Sequence record: OR529409.1
Strand: one strand, 5' to 3'
DNA length: 64,000 bases
The translations under genes and the position numbers were made by a program. A model generated the notes under the pieces. It ran no database searches, was not told the origin of the DNA, and saw nothing but the letters and a program-made list of their open reading frames with translations. Position 1 is the stretch's first letter. Every line of letters starts with the position of its first letter. Positions 39,880-49,968 of the stretch are shown in pieces.

Positions 39880-40866
39880 TCAGCCTCCGCCAACCGGCAT
39901 GCCACCTGTACCGCTGCCACCTGAATTGCTATGACGATGTTTCAATAGGGATACTGCGCCACCCCCTGCTGTAACATCACCTTTGGCATTTATAGATTCT
40001 TCTGCGTTAATGGTTCCTGAACACTGCATGGTTCCATCACCGCCTTCACCCGCAATTGTGGTAATGTTACCCGCCACACCCAGGTTACCAATAACTGATG
40101 TGTTAGCCTTTATATTCACCCCTTCTGGAGCAACGACGTTGACATCTTGCGCACTAACCAGCATTTGTTTGCAGATTATGCTTAACAGTTTATCGGCACT
40201 AATCCCAAATGTGTCTGCGCACTTAATTAAGATGTTCATCTTAGCCAGTGTAATTTCTGACCCATCCTGATTTCGTACGCTCGTGGTGTGTGACATCGAA
40301 TCAGTAGCGATAATGTTGCCTTCGCCATCCCCTAGGAGAACAGTGCCTGCCTGAGCGTCTACCTGGAACTGGTATTTGGTCTTCTCGCCATTAGCTTGGG
40401 ATGTCATAAACCCAACCTTACCCGTATGAGTAGAGATCTCAAACGTGTAATAGTTATCCAGAGAGAATTCAGCATTCTCGTCTAAATTAGGATTGGCGGA
40501 AAATCCCCAAACTACTGTCTCCAATCGTTTAGTCTTCGTATCGACCCCATGGAGTGTCCAGAGTAATTGATCTGAATCCCCATACCGATATATGGCAACT
40601 GGTGTCCCTTCTCTGACATCCGGAGCTGTCATTCGGTTACCGCCGTCACCCATCCACTTAGCCGTCACTGAGTTAGATCCCAAAACCTGAGAAGTTTTGT
40701 TAGTTCCGTCGGCTGTTTGCGATGTTTGAACAGAGGTTTGGGCTGTGGCTACTTCCCTACCATCAGCCATCATGTTATACGATGGAAGGGAAACGGTAAT
40801 TTCTTTTGAGTCAGTTTGTTTAGTCGATGTTACCGTTCCGACACCTAAACAATTCAGTAAATTCAT
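39880..40866 (-). CDS. Baseplate central spike (gpV/gp5-like; phiKZ gp164-like)
   Basis: OB-fold-like N-terminus, beta-helix repeats, C-terminal metal-binding HxH motif (LKHRHS). Confidence 0.8.
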   Translation of the reverse strand: MNLLNCLGVGTVTSTKQTDSKEITVSLPSYNMMADGREVATAQTSVQTSQTADGTNKTSQVLGSNSVTAKWMGDGGNRMTAPDVREGTPVAIYRYGDSDQLLWTLHGVDTKTKRLETVVWGFSANPNLDENAEFSLDNYYTFEISTHTGKVGFMTSQANGEKTKYQFQVDAQAGTVLLGDGEGNIIATDSMSHTTSVRNQDGSEITLAKMNILIKCADTFGISADKLLSIICKQMLVSAQDVNVVAPEGVNIKANTSVIGNLGVAGNITTIAGEGGDGTMQCSGTINAEESINAKGDVTAGGGAVSLLKHRHSNSGGSGTGGMPVGGG

Positions 40867-40916
40867 ACCCTGTCCCTTTATTTATAAGACTTTGTCATTT
40901 AAAAAATGGTTACTAT

Positions 40917-43391
40917 ATGATCGTTAAGCTGATATTAAAAGGTTACATTCCTTTGAACACCAAAGGAGTAGAATATTTTGAGACGGATCAATTGGGCTTA
41001 ATGAATATCCTGATTGGACGCAACGGGCATGGGAAGAGCTCCATACTCAACGAGGCTTCACCGATGCCTCCTGAAAACGCCGACTATGTAGAAGACGGTT
41101 ATAAATACGTAGAAATAATTAATAAGGGAAAACGGTATTATTTGGAATCTTTCACGGGATCAAAAAGCAAACACTCGTTTAAAGATTCAGAAGGTAACGA
41201 ACTCAACTCAGGCGGGACTCAAGCGGTACAAAAAGAACTGGTCAAACAGTATTTTGACCTTACTCCGTTGTACTTTAAAGTTCTTACCGCAATCAATGAG
41301 AACTATCGTTTCACAGCATTAGGGGTGGCAGAAAGAAAGTTCCTTTTAATGGACCTCTACCCTAACGATACCAAATACGCGCTGATTGTCTATAACAAAA
41401 TCAAATCAGCGTATAGCGATACCGTAGGGGCGTTAAAGAACCAAAGTCAGAGATTGATAGAGGAACAGCAACGCGTAAGCGCCTTAGGAGGAAAAACCAA
41501 AGAAGAACTCCTCCACGATATTTCTCAGCTCGATAAACGCATTAACGAAATCGTTTACCTGCAAGGCGAACTCAACGGAACACCTAACGTTAGCGGGGAT
41601 CTTCGTTTAGAAATTGAGGATTTCAACAGTAAAGTAAAATCCTTGCTCGTGATGGGGATGACCACAGGGACGCTGTCACGTCAACAGTTAATAGCGAGCA
41701 TTGAGAGTTTAAAAGCTTCGTTGGTTTATCACGAAACCCAGCAGAAGATGTATCAGACGCAACTGAATGATATTTCCTCTGCGATGAGCGGACTAGAGTT
41801 GAAAGACCACGACCCTAAACAATTTGAAACGCAACTGTTGGATCTCGAGTATCGTCATGCCGTACTCGAAACGGTATTGAACGACTCGGAAGAACTCATC
41901 AAACGAGAACCGTTTATATCTGAACACCGGGAACGGCTGATTAACCTTGCTCCTGGTTTTAGAACCTTGATAGATCGGATAAACTTGATCCCCCTTTGTT
42001 CTAATCCAGAGTTAACCACGAGTCAGTACCAAAACTGGTTAGATAAGTCCGAACAGATTTTTAACGAAGGTAAACAATCCAGAGTTGAGTTGGAACACGT
42101 CCAACATCAACTCAAACATTATCGTGATGCTTCGGAAGTCCAGTGTCCTGAATGCTCTTCTCAGTTTAAACCTGGGTTCGATAAGACCTACGAATCTAAA
42201 TTGATTAAACAGGAAGATGGATTAAAATCGACCATCGCTCATCTAACGAGTAAGTATAAGCGATACAAACAAACCCTCGCTTTGGATCAAGAATGGTTCA
42301 GTCAAATGAGGGCTTTGGAACAGTACGTAGAAAGCAGTCATGAAGCGAAATTCTTGCTTCATCTGTTAAGCGAATATAAGGTCGGTTATGAGCCAGCCGA
42401 TAGACTCATAAACGTCATTAAAACGCTCGCTACGACGCTGGATTATAAGAAACAACAGGATGCCTTGACCGAAGAAATAAACGTCTTAAAAACCCGTATA
42501 AACGTGTTTAAAACGAATAATATGGAAGAGGCTCTGGCCGCGTACTCACTCAGCGAAGAAAGGCTGGGTGATAGTAATCGTGCAATTCGTCGTTGTATGA
42601 CGTTGATGAGGGAGCATCAGAAGACCTTAAAGGATTATGACGCTTACGAAATAACGATTGACGCGATCAGAGAAGGGCAAGCAAGAATCCTCGACCTATT
42701 ACGGGATGAGGGTAAGGTAAGTTTACATAGAAGACTCAACGAAGTAATGTCAAGTCTTCTCCCTCAGAAAGATGAAGTCATGTCTCTGATGATCAGACAG
42801 GAGTCGTTAAAGACTCTGGTCGAGTCTATCGAAGATAACATTGCGGGTCTTAAGAAAAGACAATCTGATCTTAAGATCTTGATGGACGGACTCTGCCCTA
42901 AGAAAGGATACATCGGGGAATTGATGAAGGACTTTATTACCGCGATTTGTGCGAACATGAATGCGGTAATACGGGACATATGGAGCACGCCTCTCTTTGT
43001 TAAACCGTGTGTTAATAAGAAAGGTGAAATGGATTATAACTTCCCAGTTATTAATGGCGACTCTAGCAGAACAGCTTCTGACGTGGCTAAATGTAGCGGG
43101 GGAGAAAAGGAGATTATTAACTTCGCATTTCGGTTAGTTGTCTCTCGGTACGTGAAATACGACAGTCCTCTTTTCTTGGACGAGGTTGGCGTTAACATGG
43201 ACGAATACCACCGTGGTCGCTTCTTTGATTATGTCAAACGACTGATGGCGACGGGTAAGATTGATCAATGTTTTATGATCAGTCATTACTCTTCACAATA
43301 CGGGCTCATGGACAACGCTAACATTATTGCTTTAAATACAGAAGGTTTAACGGTTCCCCCTAACGTCAATCTCAGCACAACGATAAGGTAA
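40917..43391 (+). CDS. sbcC: SbcC/Rad50-like SMC ATPase
   Basis: Walker A GRNGHGKS; coiled coils; Zn hook CPEC; signature CSGGEK; Walker B LFLDE. Start reassigned to ATG 40917. Confidence 0.92.
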   Translation: MIVKLILKGYIPLNTKGVEYFETDQLGLMNILIGRNGHGKSSILNEASPMPPENADYVEDGYKYVEIINKGKRYYLESFTGSKSKHSFKDSEGNELNSGGTQAVQKELVKQYFDLTPLYFKVLTAINENYRFTALGVAERKFLLMDLYPNDTKYALIVYNKIKSAYSDTVGALKNQSQRLIEEQQRVSALGGKTKEELLHDISQLDKRINEIVYLQGELNGTPNVSGDLRLEIEDFNSKVKSLLVMGMTTGTLSRQQLIASIESLKASLVYHETQQKMYQTQLNDISSAMSGLELKDHDPKQFETQLLDLEYRHAVLETVLNDSEELIKREPFISEHRERLINLAPGFRTLIDRINLIPLCSNPELTTSQYQNWLDKSEQIFNEGKQSRVELEHVQHQLKHYRDASEVQCPECSSQFKPGFDKTYESKLIKQEDGLKSTIAHLTSKYKRYKQTLALDQEWFSQMRALEQYVESSHEAKFLLHLLSEYKVGYEPADRLINVIKTLATTLDYKKQQDALTEEINVLKTRINVFKTNNMEEALAAYSLSEERLGDSNRAIRRCMTLMREHQKTLKDYDAYEITIDAIREGQARILDLLRDEGKVSLHRRLNEVMSSLLPQKDEVMSLMIRQESLKTLVESIEDNIAGLKKRQSDLKILMDGLCPKKGYIGELMKDFITAICANMNAVIRDIWSTPLFVKPCVNKKGEMDYNFPVINGDSSRTASDVAKCSGGEKEIINFAFRLVVSRYVKYDSPLFLDEVGVNMDEYHRGRFFDYVKRLMATGKIDQCFMISHYSSQYGLMDNANIIALNTEGLTVPPNVNLSTTIR

Positions 43392-43395
43392 TACC

Positions 43396-43680
43396 ATGTT
43401 GACCTTTACTACCACGGTGCGTAATAAAGCCGACAAGCTCGCAGCGGAACTCGATAAGGTTATCGGTAACTCATCGATAAACACCCGTAAAGCGACTTGG
43501 TTATTGCGTTACGCCAATGTCATTAACTACGCAAACGTCAATGGATTAACATTAGTTGAATTCAATACCAGGGCCGAAACTATTCGCAAATGGATAGCGA
43601 CGGGGCATGTTTTCTTTGAGGGCAACAAAGCCATCTCTCTTGAAGAAATCGGTATGGATTTCAATACCGGTCGCCGGTAA
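43396..43680 (+). CDS. Hypothetical protein
   Basis: 94 aa; RBS AAGGT. Confidence 0.65.
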   Translation: MLTFTTTVRNKADKLAAELDKVIGNSSINTRKATWLLRYANVINYANVNGLTLVEFNTRAETIRKWIATGHVFFEGNKAISLEEIGMDFNTGRR

Positions 43681-43692
43681 AATAAGACAGAT

Positions 43693-43703
43693 CTATATTA
43701 TCT
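43693..43703 (+). promoter_or_regulatory. Putative early promoter CTATATTATCT
   Basis: Identical to the 11-mer at 7081. Confidence 0.5.
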
Positions 43704-43712
43704 TAGAGAACC

Positions 43713-43752
43713 GTGAAGGGTGTCTCATTTTCTCTTACACCCTTCACTTTTT
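43713..43752 (+). terminator. Intrinsic terminator in the leader of the transglycosylase gene
   Basis: GTGAAGGGTGT-(13 nt)-ACACCCTTCAC-TTTTT, ending 18 nt before the ATG. Confidence 0.75.
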
Positions 43753-43770
43753 ACTACGAGGAAATAAAAA

Positions 43771-44439
43771 ATGAAGACCGCATTTGGTTTAATGTTCATT
43801 CTTATCATGGGGATAAGTAGCGCATTCGCATCAGTGAGTACATCTCAGTCGGATTACCACTATTTTAATAAGCAGAAAACTTATATTTTCGAAGCATCCA
43901 AACTTACAGGGATCTCCCCTGAATTAGTTACCGCAATAGGTTCCATTGAAAGTGGCCTGGGGCGCAATAAAGTTAATCGGTATTCTAAAGTCAAAGGTGT
44001 GATGCAAACCACCAAGCGGACTTATAACTCTAACCTCAAGAAACATCACGAAAGACTTGGGTTATCTCCTAACGCTTCTATCAAAAACGATAGAGCAAAT
44101 ATCCTAGTTGCTACCGCAGCATTAGCAGATAACAAACGTTACTTAGAGAAAGTCACGAATAAAAAAATCACAGATGGGGATGTGTTCATTTCCCATCTGG
44201 TAGGTTTAGGTGGCGCAGCTAAAATAATCAAAGGTAAACCTAACGCCCCTATAAGCCGTTATATCACGCTTCATAAAGGGAACATGCGACTCTATACTGA
44301 CAAAGGACGGGTATTGACTGTGGCGCAGTTTAGGAGGAGTATGGATCGGTTGGTAAAGAGAGAAAGCGCGAAGTATGCCGTGGTTATCAATCAGAACAAG
44401 TTGGATCGTTTGATAACAGCTGTCGCGTATAATCAATAA
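43771..44439 (+). CDS. Lytic transglycosylase (phiKZ gp144-type SLT domain) with a Sec signal peptide
   Basis: SIESG (catalytic Glu), GVMQ, DGDVFISHLVGLGGAAK, matching my recollection of the gp144 catalytic domain; N-terminus MKTAFGLMFILIMGISSAFA. Confidence 0.85.
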   Translation: MKTAFGLMFILIMGISSAFASVSTSQSDYHYFNKQKTYIFEASKLTGISPELVTAIGSIESGLGRNKVNRYSKVKGVMQTTKRTYNSNLKKHHERLGLSPNASIKNDRANILVATAALADNKRYLEKVTNKKITDGDVFISHLVGLGGAAKIIKGKPNAPISRYITLHKGNMRLYTDKGRVLTVAQFRRSMDRLVKRESAKYAVVINQNKLDRLITAVAYNQ

Positions 44440-44529
44440 ATTTCCACCGATCGAATCCTTTATATAGGAGGATGTTTACTGTGGGTTGAGCGTGGTAACT
44501 TAACCCACTCTTTTTAAAGAGGCAGTATT

Positions 44530-44787
44530 GTGAACAAGACAATGCAATTTTCCCTTAACGACAAAGGGGTTTTAGTACAAGACGACAACGGTAACATTCC
44601 CGTTCAAATTATTGAAAATCAGACTGAGGACGGGCGTAAAACAGCCGCTATCGTATTCGGTGGAGAAACCCAAGGTTTCGCTTGTTTCGATTCTAATCAG
44701 AATAAACCGATAAGCGTAATCCCCTCCAAACCGTTTCAAGATCCAAATCTCGATGAATCGCTGTACAATATTTGTAAAGCCATCTGA
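44530..44787 (+). CDS. Hypothetical protein
   Basis: 85 aa; GTG start with GAGG RBS; followed by hairpin 44792-44816. Confidence 0.55.
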   Translation: MNKTMQFSLNDKGVLVQDDNGNIPVQIIENQTEDGRKTAAIVFGGETQGFACFDSNQNKPISVIPSKPFQDPNLDESLYNICKAI

Positions 44788-44846
44788 TTTAATAGGGGAG
44801 GTTCTTCCTCCCCTATCCCTTATACCGCATTTTCGGAATTCTAAGA

Positions 44847-45257
44847 ATGAATAAAAATGAAATTATTGACCTCCGTTTTGGTCGCAGCGAATTCAAAGTC
44901 AATGGGTATTTCGTAGCCTTTACCGCCGGGATGACTAAACAATTCGGCAGGGTTGTTAAAATCGAATTTAAAATTAAAAACTCTGCCTCTCGTTTTAGGC
45001 TGATCGCTCACGCATTGACGGTTATTGAAGAAACCGATCTCATTCTTTTGCATGGCGGAGATTCAAATATTATGGAATTTGTGCTCGACGCTTGTGAGCA
45101 AAGCAAGAGTATTGTTGAATACGGCGGTGAACAGTTCGAAGCCTTTAATGTTTTGGAACGTGCCATCAAAGAAGACCCCGTTAATTGGGAACGGATGTTA
45201 AGTAAAGTGCAGTCGTCCTTGTTAACTAATAGTCCTTTGAGACAACATTATCACTGA
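44847..45257 (+). CDS. Hypothetical protein
   Basis: 136-aa ORF in a co-directional run. Confidence 0.6.
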   Translation: MNKNEIIDLRFGRSEFKVNGYFVAFTAGMTKQFGRVVKIEFKIKNSASRFRLIAHALTVIEETDLILLHGGDSNIMEFVLDACEQSKSIVEYGGEQFEAFNVLERAIKEDPVNWERMLSKVQSSLLTNSPLRQHYH

Positions 45258-45276
45258 CTTTAGATGGGAGTGTGCT

Positions 45277-45747
45277 ATGGATACGACGGTTGCTTCAGAG
45301 ATACCATTAGATCAGACCCCTCAGTACGCAGACGATGTAGAGTGCACGGATGCGTATATTTTTGAAACCGACGAAGACGGAGTAGGTTTAGAACTCGCTT
45401 TGTTCTCTCCCCTGCCCGATAGCTTTACTCCCGTATTAAGAATGGCTTTGGTTAAATTGGATACCGCTATGCCTATTGACGGTATAGAGGGTTTATACCG
45501 GGATCTTGACCAGACATTTGTAAACAATTACATGACCGGGTATCTGGAAGATGATTTTGAACGCTTCTTTATCCATTTAGCAGAGCATCTAGAAAGATAT
45601 GGCGGGGATACTCACCCGGCGATGATTGCGACGATTGAACAGATAGCCTGCATGACTGAGATCTACGAGCTAAAGGATTTCAGAGAGTTCATTTACGGCG
45701 TGACCGTTATGGTCAAACTCTTTAATCCAGAACCCACCATCCACTAA
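45277..45747 (+). CDS. Acidic hypothetical protein
   Basis: 156 aa; RBS GGGAG. Confidence 0.65.
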   Translation: MDTTVASEIPLDQTPQYADDVECTDAYIFETDEDGVGLELALFSPLPDSFTPVLRMALVKLDTAMPIDGIEGLYRDLDQTFVNNYMTGYLEDDFERFFIHLAEHLERYGGDTHPAMIATIEQIACMTEIYELKDFREFIYGVTVMVKLFNPEPTIH

Positions 45748-45755
45748 AGGTTTTT

Positions 45756-46382
45756 ATGGACACCAAATCCCCGGATTTTTATTTTGATTTAGACGACACC
45801 CTGACCGGCACCAACCCTTATTTATATCGCCGCGCTAAAACGTTTACTAAGCTGAATGGAGAACATGACGTTCACGACGTTCTCGTTCAATCAGAAAAGA
45901 ATGGATTAACGACCCTACAACTACCTAAACCAATAGGTGATTACATTTTTACCCACTTCCTGGAAGACGGTAACTTTATGTTATCGGTTAACCGGTCTCC
46001 GTTATTAGAAGGGAATCTGGACGCTTTTATTTGCTTGCTTAAAACGATAAGAGCCAAAGGTGGGAAGGTAGGTGTTTGTACTCATCGCGGGTTTCATCCC
46101 AAAGCCAAGTCTTACTCCGAATATTGGTTAGATACCAATATTGGAATGAAACATTTTGACGAAGTCCATGTCCTCGACCCCAAGGTTCATCCTGATAAGT
46201 TGAAGTACCTCGAGACCCAGTCAGAATCCTTTAAGTTGGTTGACGATAACCCGCTACATGATCTGAATAAGGTTCATGCTAGAGATAGTCGAATTCTGCA
46301 TTATAACGGTATTTCCGATTACTCCGGTTATCGCCTTCAGCGCAAGGTTAAATCCGTTTCTGATATCATGCAACTGCTTTAA
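45756..46382 (+). CDS. HAD-superfamily phosphatase (5'(3')-deoxyribonucleotidase-like)
   Basis: Motif I FDLDDTL; motif II CTHRG; motif IV LVDDNP. Confidence 0.8.
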   Translation: MDTKSPDFYFDLDDTLTGTNPYLYRRAKTFTKLNGEHDVHDVLVQSEKNGLTTLQLPKPIGDYIFTHFLEDGNFMLSVNRSPLLEGNLDAFICLLKTIRAKGGKVGVCTHRGFHPKAKSYSEYWLDTNIGMKHFDEVHVLDPKVHPDKLKYLETQSESFKLVDDNPLHDLNKVHARDSRILHYNGISDYSGYRLQRKVKSVSDIMQLL

Positions 46383-46396
46383 ATTTAAACGATACC

Positions 46397-46426
46397 TACT
46401 ATCTCTTGGGAAACCAAGAGATAGTA
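46397..46426 (+). terminator. Hairpin with GAAA tetraloop
   Basis: TACTATCTCTTGG-GAAA-CCAAGAGATAGTA. Confidence 0.75.
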
Positions 46427-46460
46427 AAACCACTATTTTTGCATTTAGGAAATTTTTACC

Positions 46461-48365
46461 ATGAGAGAGCAACTAGCTGAACAAATCAGGTATCATAATA
46501 AACGTTATTTTTTAGATAACGATCCGGAAATATCCGACGATCAATACGACGAATTAAAACGGCAATACGACGCGTTGGGTGGTAATAAAAGTACTTCCCC
46601 CATCTTGTTAGACATGGAGGGGAGTGCTCTACACAAGGTAGGGTTAGACATCCCCATGCTATCTTTATCTAAGAAATTAAACTTATCGGAATACGAAGCC
46701 TGGGAATCCGATTACGAAGATAAGGATAAATATCATTCTTACAAACTGGACGGTCTGGCGATTGAAGCCTGTTACGAGTTTGGTTTGTTAACTAAACTCC
46801 GTACGCGCGGGGATGGATTGACCGGGGAAGATATTTTAGATAATGCCGGGGTTTTCTCACCAGATCAGCTCCCTTTAGAAAATCCGGCTTTAAAGGACTT
46901 CCACCGAGTTTGGTTACGAGGGGAAGGGTACGTCAGACTCGACGATCTGGTTGTTATCAATGAGATCAACGCCAAGAGTTATCCCAATTGTCGTAGTGCG
47001 GCATCGGGTCTTATTCGTAGAAATCCAAAAGACAATGTGGATCTGGCAGGTAAGATCTCTTATAACGTTTATTGGTGTAGTGAACGTTTCGGTTTAGGGA
47101 CTTACTCCGCCGTTATGGATAAACTCCGTGACTTCGGTTTCAGTACTGCGCCGGAATGTCAGTATGAAGACATTGTCAATAATAACCGTCCGCCCCTTCT
47201 TCCTACTGATGGGATCGTTTCCGTTATTGATAGTTTTTCTGATCAAGACGAATTGGGTTCGACTAACGAATACCCTCGCTGGGGCGTTGCTTATAAGTTC
47301 CCTCCAGAGCAAGCGGAAACCATCGCCGAAAACGTTTCATGGGAAACGGGTAGAACCGGTCGGGTCACTCCTGTTCTCACCTATAAGGCGGTCACATTAG
47401 GTGGCAACACAAATACGGAATGTTCTTTGTTTAACTATCGTCACTTTATCAAAACGGGTGTACGTAAAGGAAGCCGGATTATCATTGCACGTAACGGTGA
47501 CGTCATTCCTTATTTCGTTAAGGTTGTGGAAGCCGGATTAGGGGATGAGTTTAAAACCCCTAAAGTCTGTCCGTCGTGTTCGTCCATCCTGATGTATGAA
47601 GGGAAAGACGAGAAGAACATCTTCTTAACCTGTAAAAATACGGCGGATTGTCCAGCACAACACATCCAACGATTCATTAATTTTGTCAGTCGTAAGGGAT
47701 TGGATGTCAAAGGTTACGGCGATAAGATGATGGAGAAACATGTCGGGGAAGGGAAAGTCAGCACGCTTTCTGACATTCTTAACTTAGGAGAAATCCTTTC
47801 AGGGGAGGGTTTGGATAGGAATACGGAAAAGGTTATTGAGAAACTTAATAACTTAGGAAGTTACCCGGCGTATAAAGTGCTGGGCGCTTTAGGGATTCCT
47901 GGTGTCGCCGAAGGAACCGCCAAACTCATCACCGCTCAAGTCGGCAGTGTGGAAGATCTAATCGCTCTGCTTAAAGACGTTAAACGTTTGCTGGAGATTG
48001 AAGGTGTTGGAGTGAGTACCGTGAATGAGATCCAATCGTTTTTAAGTAACCCGGCTCTTTTTACGGATGTCGAAAACGTACTGAATAAACTCACGTTAAC
48101 ATTTGAAAAAGGGCAAGAACACGATATCAAAGTTTGCGTTACCGGGGGGTTATCCATTCCGAGAAAAGCAGCAGAAGAGAAGTTCAATCTTTCTGGGATT
48201 GAGTTACTGGACGGCGTAACTAAAAAGATGGATGTTCTCGTTTTTGCGCCTGGCGGAAGTCAGGGTAAGAAAGATAAAGCTATCGCCATGAATAAAGTGG
48301 TTATAGAAGCAACCGACGTTCACACTGTAGAACAAATTATCGATCAAATATTAACAGCCATTTAG
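46461..48365 (+). CDS. ligA: NAD-dependent DNA ligase
   Basis: YFLDNDPEISDDQYD; MLSLSK; KLDG; TDGIV; AYKFP; GRTGRVTP; C4 Zn finger; HhH; BRCT-like C-terminus. Confidence 0.95.
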   Translation: MREQLAEQIRYHNKRYFLDNDPEISDDQYDELKRQYDALGGNKSTSPILLDMEGSALHKVGLDIPMLSLSKKLNLSEYEAWESDYEDKDKYHSYKLDGLAIEACYEFGLLTKLRTRGDGLTGEDILDNAGVFSPDQLPLENPALKDFHRVWLRGEGYVRLDDLVVINEINAKSYPNCRSAASGLIRRNPKDNVDLAGKISYNVYWCSERFGLGTYSAVMDKLRDFGFSTAPECQYEDIVNNNRPPLLPTDGIVSVIDSFSDQDELGSTNEYPRWGVAYKFPPEQAETIAENVSWETGRTGRVTPVLTYKAVTLGGNTNTECSLFNYRHFIKTGVRKGSRIIIARNGDVIPYFVKVVEAGLGDEFKTPKVCPSCSSILMYEGKDEKNIFLTCKNTADCPAQHIQRFINFVSRKGLDVKGYGDKMMEKHVGEGKVSTLSDILNLGEILSGEGLDRNTEKVIEKLNNLGSYPAYKVLGALGIPGVAEGTAKLITAQVGSVEDLIALLKDVKRLLEIEGVGVSTVNEIQSFLSNPALFTDVENVLNKLTLTFEKGQEHDIKVCVTGGLSIPRKAAEEKFNLSGIELLDGVTKKMDVLVFAPGGSQGKKDKAIAMNKVVIEATDVHTVEQIIDQILTAI

Positions 48366-48375
48366 GAGAAAGGCA

Positions 48376-48702
48376 ATGCGAATTATTAAAATTGTAACTG
48401 TTCTTGTAGACGCAACTATGGAAGAGATCAAAACGATCGTGAAGCAACACGTCGACCGTAATTTATACGAAGAGCATATCCTCGAATTCAAAGAAGGGTC
48501 GGCTGTTTTCTTGGTTGCTGAAAACCAAGCTGGAATGATCGCTACGTCTTTGCAGATTGCTTTCGACGATTCGGGATGCGTAGAGCGTTCTACGTTAACG
48601 GATACCGACAAGGGATTGATCGTATTGCGTTACATCAAACCAACTGGGGACCTGCGCGCTTCTAACGGTACTCGTAATCAAGCCAAAGCCATGTTCAACT
48701 AA
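48376..48702 (+). CDS. Hypothetical protein
   Basis: 108 aa; RBS AGGAG. Confidence 0.6.
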   Translation: MRIIKIVTVLVDATMEEIKTIVKQHVDRNLYEEHILEFKEGSAVFLVAENQAGMIATSLQIAFDDSGCVERSTLTDTDKGLIVLRYIKPTGDLRASNGTRNQAKAMFN

Positions 48703-48717
48703 TCGGATATCGACAAA

Positions 48718-49965
48718 ATGACCAAAGAAACCAAAGTAGAGAAAAAAGAAGCAGGCGTTTTTAAACTTAAAGAGAAACAGATACAGGTTGCTAATCCTAA
48801 ACGCGACTATCATCTGATGATCGACGGAGAGGATAAAACTTCCGAATTAGTTGACGTGGATAAAGCGGGCATGGACGATTTCCAATTTCGGTTCGGATTC
48901 TTTATGTATATCCGAGATAAAAACAAGAAGCTAAAAAGACTCTTTGAATACGGGTCTGCTGAGGGTTTGAAAGAGTTTACGTTTAAGCAATCTGATAAAG
49001 AATATCGGATCGTTTTAAGCAAGGGCTCCTCCGTGACACTTCAGACTAAATCTGGTGGCGGGATGTTCGATGAGGACTTCATGCCCATGGGAGAGGACGT
49101 CTCAGTGAACGATTACCGATTACGTGACGCGTTCCACCCCTCTTTTAACCTTAAACCTGAAACAGGAAACAAAACTACTCTGGTAGTTCTTAACTCCACT
49201 GTTTCACTCAAATATGCTTACGGGATTAATCTCGTTATCAATCAGGATATCACAGAAGGAACGCTGATATCTTCCTATGTTTACAATTCTCGGTATTCGG
49301 ATTACCATAAGCTCGTTAACCCGACCATTGTACGGTCAGAGATAGATGAAGGGTCGTTATCCGAATCACCTTATATTGTAAAAAGCGTTCTTCGTGACTC
49401 TGCACTGAGAGGGAAGAGAGTTTCCGTCGTCAACTCTGTGTTTCTTAAAACCAGAATTAATGCCGAAGGTGGGATTACAGCAAGTAAAGTTAGTTTAGAA
49501 AACTCCAACATCAGCTCCAGAAGTTCTAACGTAGATTTCGACGGGAGCTCTTTCAACGTTTACTCAGGCGTACAGCTTAATACGGTCGCCGGCGTTCTAA
49601 TCAAACGTAAAGTAGATTTTTTAGAGTACTCCATCGGTGATGTCACTCTGATAGCGGTACGTAAAGGCGGGCTTTATCCTCGCACCTATGAATCCGACAA
49701 GGGTGTTGAAATGATTATCTCGACGCCTTATCGTTACGTCGATATTAGGGATGAAATTGTTGTTAGAGAGAAAGATTCCCGCAGTGAAATCACGGCTAAA
49801 GTAGCTAAGCTCATTTTCAATAGGGATACTGAACAGACTATTTATCAGGGTCCGTTCCAGAGTAACACTGTGGAGTCGACTATCGTTGAATCTTTCTCTG
49901 ACGCCATTATGTCCCGTCTTCGTCTGTTGGGGATGATTGATACAGCTTTAAGTGTGGGGATTTAA
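48718..49965 (+). CDS. Hypothetical protein with an S/V/I/N-rich beta-solenoid-like middle region
   Basis: 415 aa; short periodic Ser/hydrophobic pattern (IVRSEIDEGSLS, IVKSVLRDSAL, VVNSVFLKTRI, LENSNISS). Confidence 0.6.
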   Translation: MTKETKVEKKEAGVFKLKEKQIQVANPKRDYHLMIDGEDKTSELVDVDKAGMDDFQFRFGFFMYIRDKNKKLKRLFEYGSAEGLKEFTFKQSDKEYRIVLSKGSSVTLQTKSGGGMFDEDFMPMGEDVSVNDYRLRDAFHPSFNLKPETGNKTTLVVLNSTVSLKYAYGINLVINQDITEGTLISSYVYNSRYSDYHKLVNPTIVRSEIDEGSLSESPYIVKSVLRDSALRGKRVSVVNSVFLKTRINAEGGITASKVSLENSNISSRSSNVDFDGSSFNVYSGVQLNTVAGVLIKRKVDFLEYSIGDVTLIAVRKGGLYPRTYESDKGVEMIISTPYRYVDIRDEIVVREKDSRSEITAKVAKLIFNRDTEQTIYQGPFQSNTVESTIVESFSDAIMSRLRLLGMIDTALSVGI

Positions 49966-49968
49966 ACC

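Noticed and set aside
2609-48365. Introns or inteins in helicase, RNAP beta, SbcC or ligase
   Set aside because: The ORFs are continuous and of expected size, with no intein (C...HN) or homing-endonuclease motifs noticed.
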